Source: an uncultured Gammaproteobacteria bacterium
GTDB taxonomy: Bacteria > Patescibacteriota > Patescibacteriia > UBA9934 > CAZDDW01
Assembly: GCA_965231015.1 (NCBI GenBank)
Contig: OZ246408.1
Span: forward strand, 280,158-344,157
Direction of reading: 5' to 3'
DNA length: 64,000 nt
Under the pieces are notes generated by a model that had not been told where the DNA came from, made no database searches, and saw only the letters and a list, made by a program, of their open reading frames with translations. Shown here piece by piece: positions 59,850 to 64,000 of the stretch. Made by a program: the position numbers and the translations under genes. Position 1 is the stretch's first letter. Each line of letters begins with the position of its first letter.

Positions 59850-60782
59850 ATGTTTCGGAGATTATTTCCAATTTTTTTATTCTTTCTGATCATCGGAGGA
59901 GTTTATGCTTACATGAACCGAATTCAGATTGCTGAAATGTTAATGGGTGAAGAGCAGGTGGATGTACCGGCTTTTACTTTTGCTGAGATTCAGGGAACTT
60001 CTAATGAAGTCGAAGAAGAAGAACCGGAAAGTCATGTGGTCAGGGAAGAAGGGAGCATGGTGGCCGGAGAAATTGAGGTTGATAATGAAGTACGAGACGA
60101 AGAGAATATAGCAGATCCGGGTGATACGGATCAAGTAACAGAGATTAGAGGAACAGATTCTTCAGATGAAGCTGACATTGTTGATACTGCAGAGGTTGAC
60201 GTTGCAGAATATGATGAATGGAATTTGGCGATTCCATGGACCACTCAAGCCCCATTTGCTAATTGGGATGAAACTCATGAAGATACCTGCGAAGAAGCTT
60301 CGGTTTACATGGCCTATTTATACTTTGAGGGATATCCGGAAGGATTGGTTGATCCTACCACTGCTGATGAGGCCTTGCTTGAAATGGTGCGTGAGCAAAA
60401 TGAATATTTTGGTTTTTTCAAAGACACCACGGCCGCTCAAACCGCAGACTTTGTAAAACAATTTTACAATCTTGACTATGATTTGATTTATAATCCGTCC
60501 GTAGAGGATATGAAAGAAGCAATTGTGCAGGGGTACCCGGTAGTAGCTCCGATGGCTGGGCAGATCTTGGCGAACCCTTACTTTACTCCACCCGGGCCGG
60601 ATTATCACATGTTAATTGTGAAGGGCTTTACCAGCGAGGGCTTTATCACCAATGATCCAGGAACGCGGCACGGAGAAAATTGGTTATATAAATACGATCA
60701 TTTTATGGATTCAATTCATGATTATAACGCCGGAAATGTTGAGACCGGACAGAAAGTTATAATTGTGTTTAAACCTTTGTAA
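59850..60782 (+). CDS. Membrane-anchored C39-like peptidase
   Basis: QAP...CEEAS, YHMLIVKG, TNDPG. Confidence 0.85.
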   Translation: MFRRLFPIFLFFLIIGGVYAYMNRIQIAEMLMGEEQVDVPAFTFAEIQGTSNEVEEEEPESHVVREEGSMVAGEIEVDNEVRDEENIADPGDTDQVTEIRGTDSSDEADIVDTAEVDVAEYDEWNLAIPWTTQAPFANWDETHEDTCEEASVYMAYLYFEGYPEGLVDPTTADEALLEMVREQNEYFGFFKDTTAAQTADFVKQFYNLDYDLIYNPSVEDMKEAIVQGYPVVAPMAGQILANPYFTPPGPDYHMLIVKGFTSEGFITNDPGTRHGENWLYKYDHFMDSIHDYNAGNVETGQKVIIVFKPL

Positions 60783-60783
60783 T

Positions 60784-61245
60784 ATGGATTTTTGGCTTGG
60801 GGCTTCTTTGGCCGGGTTGGCTGCCTTTGCTCTATCGATTCCAGCTATTGTGGTTGAGCTAGCTGACCGTCAACATAAAATAAACCTGCCACTGCTCGTT
60901 GATGTGCGAGAGATTTTTGGTCGCAAGATTGCTCCTACAGAAATGTTTTGGATTGCCTTGTTGGTACATCTGGTGCTTGGAACCTTGTTTGGACTTGCTT
61001 ATGAGGTTTTTGTAGGACTTGGTTGGATTGAACCTTATACAGTTCCTTCAATGTTGATCTTTGTTGTGTTATTTTGGCTTGTGGTTGGTGCGGTTTTATT
61101 TCCGCTGATTGGATTTGGAATTTTTGCCGTTAAAGAAGGAAGATGGGTCTGGCTCGAAGTTCTGATTACGTATTTGTTGATTGGAACAATCATGTTTCTT
61201 GGCATCGATTGGTTCCGACCGTTTTTCTTTGCCTTACCAGTATAA
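60784..61245 (+). CDS. Four-TM membrane protein
   Basis: Hydrophobic segments; HLVLGTLFG. Confidence 0.75.
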   Translation: MDFWLGASLAGLAAFALSIPAIVVELADRQHKINLPLLVDVREIFGRKIAPTEMFWIALLVHLVLGTLFGLAYEVFVGLGWIEPYTVPSMLIFVVLFWLVVGAVLFPLIGFGIFAVKEGRWVWLEVLITYLLIGTIMFLGIDWFRPFFFALPV

Positions 61246-61350
61246 ATTCTTTGTGGTGGATATGTCCCGATCGGACTTTTTTCACCACGAATTTAAGCTT
61301 AAAGTAGATACATTTTTGTCCCGATCGGGACGTTTTATCACCAAAGAAAA

Positions 61351-61386
61351 AAAACCCGGAGCTGACGAGTGCCAGCTCCGGGTTTT
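61351..61386. terminator. Bidirectional terminator
   Basis: AAAACCCGGAGCTG-ACGAGTGC-CAGCTCCGGGTTTT. Confidence 0.75.
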
Positions 61387-61408
61387 GGAGTAGTAGGAGT
61401 TAGGGGGT

Positions 61409-62554
61409 CTAGAGGTATTCGCCGATCTCGGAGTCCTCCTCGATCCTCTGGATGATCTCGCGGATGCGGACCGCTTCCACGTCCCAGTTGTCCGTGACGT
61501 GGAACCCGGCCTCGATCAAGCGCTCTTGCAGCGCCTTGATGATCTCGTCCGGAATGTCCCAGCAGGTCTGAGCAGATTCGCGATCACTGCGCAGCAACGC
61601 CAGGCCCATGACCGTGTGGCAGGTTCGTTTCAAATGGATGATGTACACAGGGCCGATCTTGAGCCGAATGAACAGCTGCTTGACCGTCGTCTCATTCTTC
61701 ATCAGTTGCTCGACAAGTTCTCGCTGCAGATTTTTCCGCCGTTCGATCCGGTCGACTTCGCGCTGGCGCTCGTGCTCCGCGGCCAGCTTCACGGCCTCGT
61801 GGTAGCTCTCGGGCGGCTCGCTCGGCAGGGACTCGACGAGCCCCGGCGGCACCAGCACGCAGGCGTGCAGGTCGTACTCACCACTGTACTGCTGCTTGCG
61901 CACCGCTTTCTCGCTCCAGAGCTTTCCGGATTTTTGAACTTCTTGCTCGAACGGACCTTTGCGTCGGTTCCACTCGATGAACTGAGCGATGTAGTACACG
62001 TCGTACTCCTCACCCATCATCACGATCCACCCGGCGTCGTCATATGTAATAGCCCCGGAATCCTGACAAACATCCCACTGAGCGAGCGGCAGGCGCATGA
62101 TGCGCCGGAACTTCGGGTCGCTCCAGTACACCGGCTGGACCAAGTCGAAGTCGATGTTCATATCCCGCGGCAGTCCCAGATGTTCGTTCAGGAAGCTGCG
62201 GATGGCCTCGACCGTCTTGAAGCTCTTCGAGAAGCACACCACGTACCACTCGATGACGTACTTGATGCCGTACTTGCGGCAGAAAGTCTTGGCACGCTTC
62301 GGGAGCGGCAGGTCATCGAACTTGAGGTTCACGAGCTCCTGCAGCTTCTCGTGGCTGAGCTCGGTTCCGGGCTCATTGCGCTCGATCACCGCACCCAGGC
62401 GGTTCTCCTTGAACATCTGGAGCGCTCTCACCAGCACCTCAATCATCTCGACCGAACGCTTGCCGCGCTCGATCAGGCCGTAGGCGTAGGCGTACAGACT
62501 CGCCATTCTTTTCAGAAGCTTGGTCATCTTGGCCTTGCCGGTCTTAGCGGTCAT
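61409..62554 (-). CDS. GC-rich hypothetical protein with alpha-CTD-like segment(s)
   Basis: AGGAGA Shine-Dalgarno; FDDLPLPKRAKTFCRKYGIKYV resembles the alpha-CTD helix-1 region. Confidence 0.7.
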   Translation of the reverse strand: MTAKTGKAKMTKLLKRMASLYAYAYGLIERGKRSVEMIEVLVRALQMFKENRLGAVIERNEPGTELSHEKLQELVNLKFDDLPLPKRAKTFCRKYGIKYVIEWYVVCFSKSFKTVEAIRSFLNEHLGLPRDMNIDFDLVQPVYWSDPKFRRIMRLPLAQWDVCQDSGAITYDDAGWIVMMGEEYDVYYIAQFIEWNRRKGPFEQEVQKSGKLWSEKAVRKQQYSGEYDLHACVLVPPGLVESLPSEPPESYHEAVKLAAEHERQREVDRIERRKNLQRELVEQLMKNETTVKQLFIRLKIGPVYIIHLKRTCHTVMGLALLRSDRESAQTCWDIPDEIIKALQERLIEAGFHVTDNWDVEAVRIREIIQRIEEDSEIGEYL

Positions 62555-62783
62555 GGCTTTCTCCTAGAAATGGAAGGTTCTGTTTCACACTGTGGTGCTA
62601 GCACAGCGAGTTTCCCCAGGCTCAGCATATGCCGGTATTCGCAGTCATATTAAAGCTGAACACGAGTAAGTCAACCCCCATGGTTAACTGCCGTAGCGTA
62701 GCTTATATAAGCTATTTTGTCAAGCAATACAAAAGACAGGACTGATTGGCCCTGTCTTTTAGTTTTATTGCTGATCAGCTGTT

Positions 62784-64000
62784 TTACATAATCATCAGAG
62801 CCTCGACCTGCACCTCGCTTGACCAATCACCCTCACCTTCGTCGTTTACGCCACGCACTTGAAAAATCAGGTCTGAGCCAAGATACGGGAAGTCATTGAT
62901 CTGCATCAAGTGTTCGCCGGTGTTATCTCCTTCGGCCGTAAAACTGCTGTAGGTGGTTCCATCTCCCTCGTCCCACCGGTAGCGGATTTCATAGTTCTTG
63001 GCCTCAGGTACCGGACTCCAGTTGACCGTAAAGGCCATGTGCTGCAAGACCGGATCCGTCACCACCACGTTTTCCACCTGTGGTGGCACGTCATTCTCTT
63101 CCGGCCAGAGTTCCAGGCTGTATTCCCAGTTGGCAAACGGTACGGCCACGTTTTCCGGGGTCGAATCCCAAGTATCATGCACAATCACCCAGTCCTGCTC
63201 CCCATTGCCATCTCCGGCATCGTAGCCAATCAGGTAGCCGACCACGGTCACGGCATGGCCCACGTCGCCGCTGGCCCAAACTTCGTACGGCGCTTCCATG
63301 GTGGCGTCACCCGAGTTACTGATGCTCGGACCCCAGCCGTAAAAGTGCACAGTCTCGCCGTCCGGCGCCTCTTCGTTTACACCAAGGTCCCGCGGGTTCC
63401 AATAGGTGAACGCCATTACCAGCGGATGCTCGTCATCCACCGCGTCCACGGCGTGATCCCAGGCGTCTTCATCGCTAGTGTCACTCCAGAAATGCTCTTC
63501 AGCTCCCCAGTTGTTGTAGCTGGTTTTGCCGGCCAGGTTAGCCGGTACGCTAAATCCGTAATCGCTCGGGTCATTACCTCCCCAGGTTAGGAACTCGTCC
63601 AGCCCCGGAAAAATATCCCAGTGAATAGTACCGCTCATGCCGGAATTGCCCCGAGCCGTACTACCGACGTTATTGGTATCCATGAACCATCCCAGGTAAT
63701 CGGAAATCACAGCCTCGTTATTGCCGGCGGTAACTCCGTTCGTGTAATCCTCGTTGGCATCTTCCCAGTACTCCAGCACATTGGCCGTGGCCAGCGGAGT
63801 GCACCAGTTGCCGACGTTGGCGGAAGCCAAAGTATTGGGCGGCGGCTGGACGCCGTTTGGCACTTTACGGGTCATTTTCATGTAAGGGTGCACGGTAATT
63901 TCCTCAACATTGCTCCAGTCACCCTCAGTGCTACCCTCGAGTGCTTTAACCCGATAATGATAAGTGGTGGAGATTTTGACGTATTTAACAAAACCAGTGT
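62784..64000 (-). CDS. FN3 - cysteine peptidase-like - FN3 extracellular protein (5' end beyond the window)
   Basis: Frame stays open to the window edge (YHYRVKA..GDWS); WCTP, GHAVTVVGY, VHDTW; C-terminal FN3 (FQVRGVN..GDWS). Confidence 0.8.
   Translation of the reverse strand, partial: TGFVKYVKISTTYHYRVKALEGSTEGDWSNVEEITVHPYMKMTRKVPNGVQPPPNTLASANVGNWCTPLATANVLEYWEDANEDYTNGVTAGNNEAVISDYLGWFMDTNNVGSTARGNSGMSGTIHWDIFPGLDEFLTWGGNDPSDYGFSVPANLAGKTSYNNWGAEEHFWSDTSDEDAWDHAVDAVDDEHPLVMAFTYWNPRDLGVNEEAPDGETVHFYGWGPSISNSGDATMEAPYEVWASGDVGHAVTVVGYLIGYDAGDGNGEQDWVIVHDTWDSTPENVAVPFANWEYSLELWPEENDVPPQVENVVVTDPVLQHMAFTVNWSPVPEAKNYEIRYRWDEGDGTTYSSFTAEGDNTGEHLMQINDFPYLGSDLIFQVRGVNDEGEGDWSSEVQVEALMIM

Noticed and set aside
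61263-61343. CRISPR array
   Set aside because: Only two imperfect repeats and no cas genes in the window

Overview
Chromosomal segment (genetic code 11) of what is most likely a Patescibacteria/CPR bacterium. This is inferred from gene content, the many near-leaderless core genes and the compact DGR; it is not proven. The backbone is housekeeping: thrS with a T-box, miaB/miaA, gatB, a dTTP-synthesis cluster, secE-nusG-rplK-rplA, gyrB, rodA, rplY, rpmE-prfA, prmC, queA, rpsB-tsf, gap-pgk-eno-gpmI, mutM, manC-mltG, uvrD/pcrA and a lexA-dinB SOS cassette. Solitary, mostly GC-richer orphan genes with their own promoters, Shine-Dalgarno sites and terminators are interspersed. The main accessory system is a complete diversity-generating retroelement (DGR) between eno and gpmI: target 37751-38464, VR 38337-38459, TR 38780-38902, Avd-like gene and RT. 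It has unusual traits: avd and RT are head-to-head with no spacer, the TR looks partly mutagenised, the RT has a G10 tract, and an 11-nt segment upstream of the TR is the exact reverse complement of the VR 3' junction (a candidate primer/guide). Other highlights are a sigma-region-4/RNAP-alpha-CTD fusion protein plus a second alpha-CTD-like orphan, two candidate structured ncRNAs, an unannotated 52-aa Arg-rich ORF in the SOS cassette, and several heptamer/REP-like mini-repeat families that also sit in-frame inside conserved genes. All product calls come from motif recognition by eye; no database searches were run.
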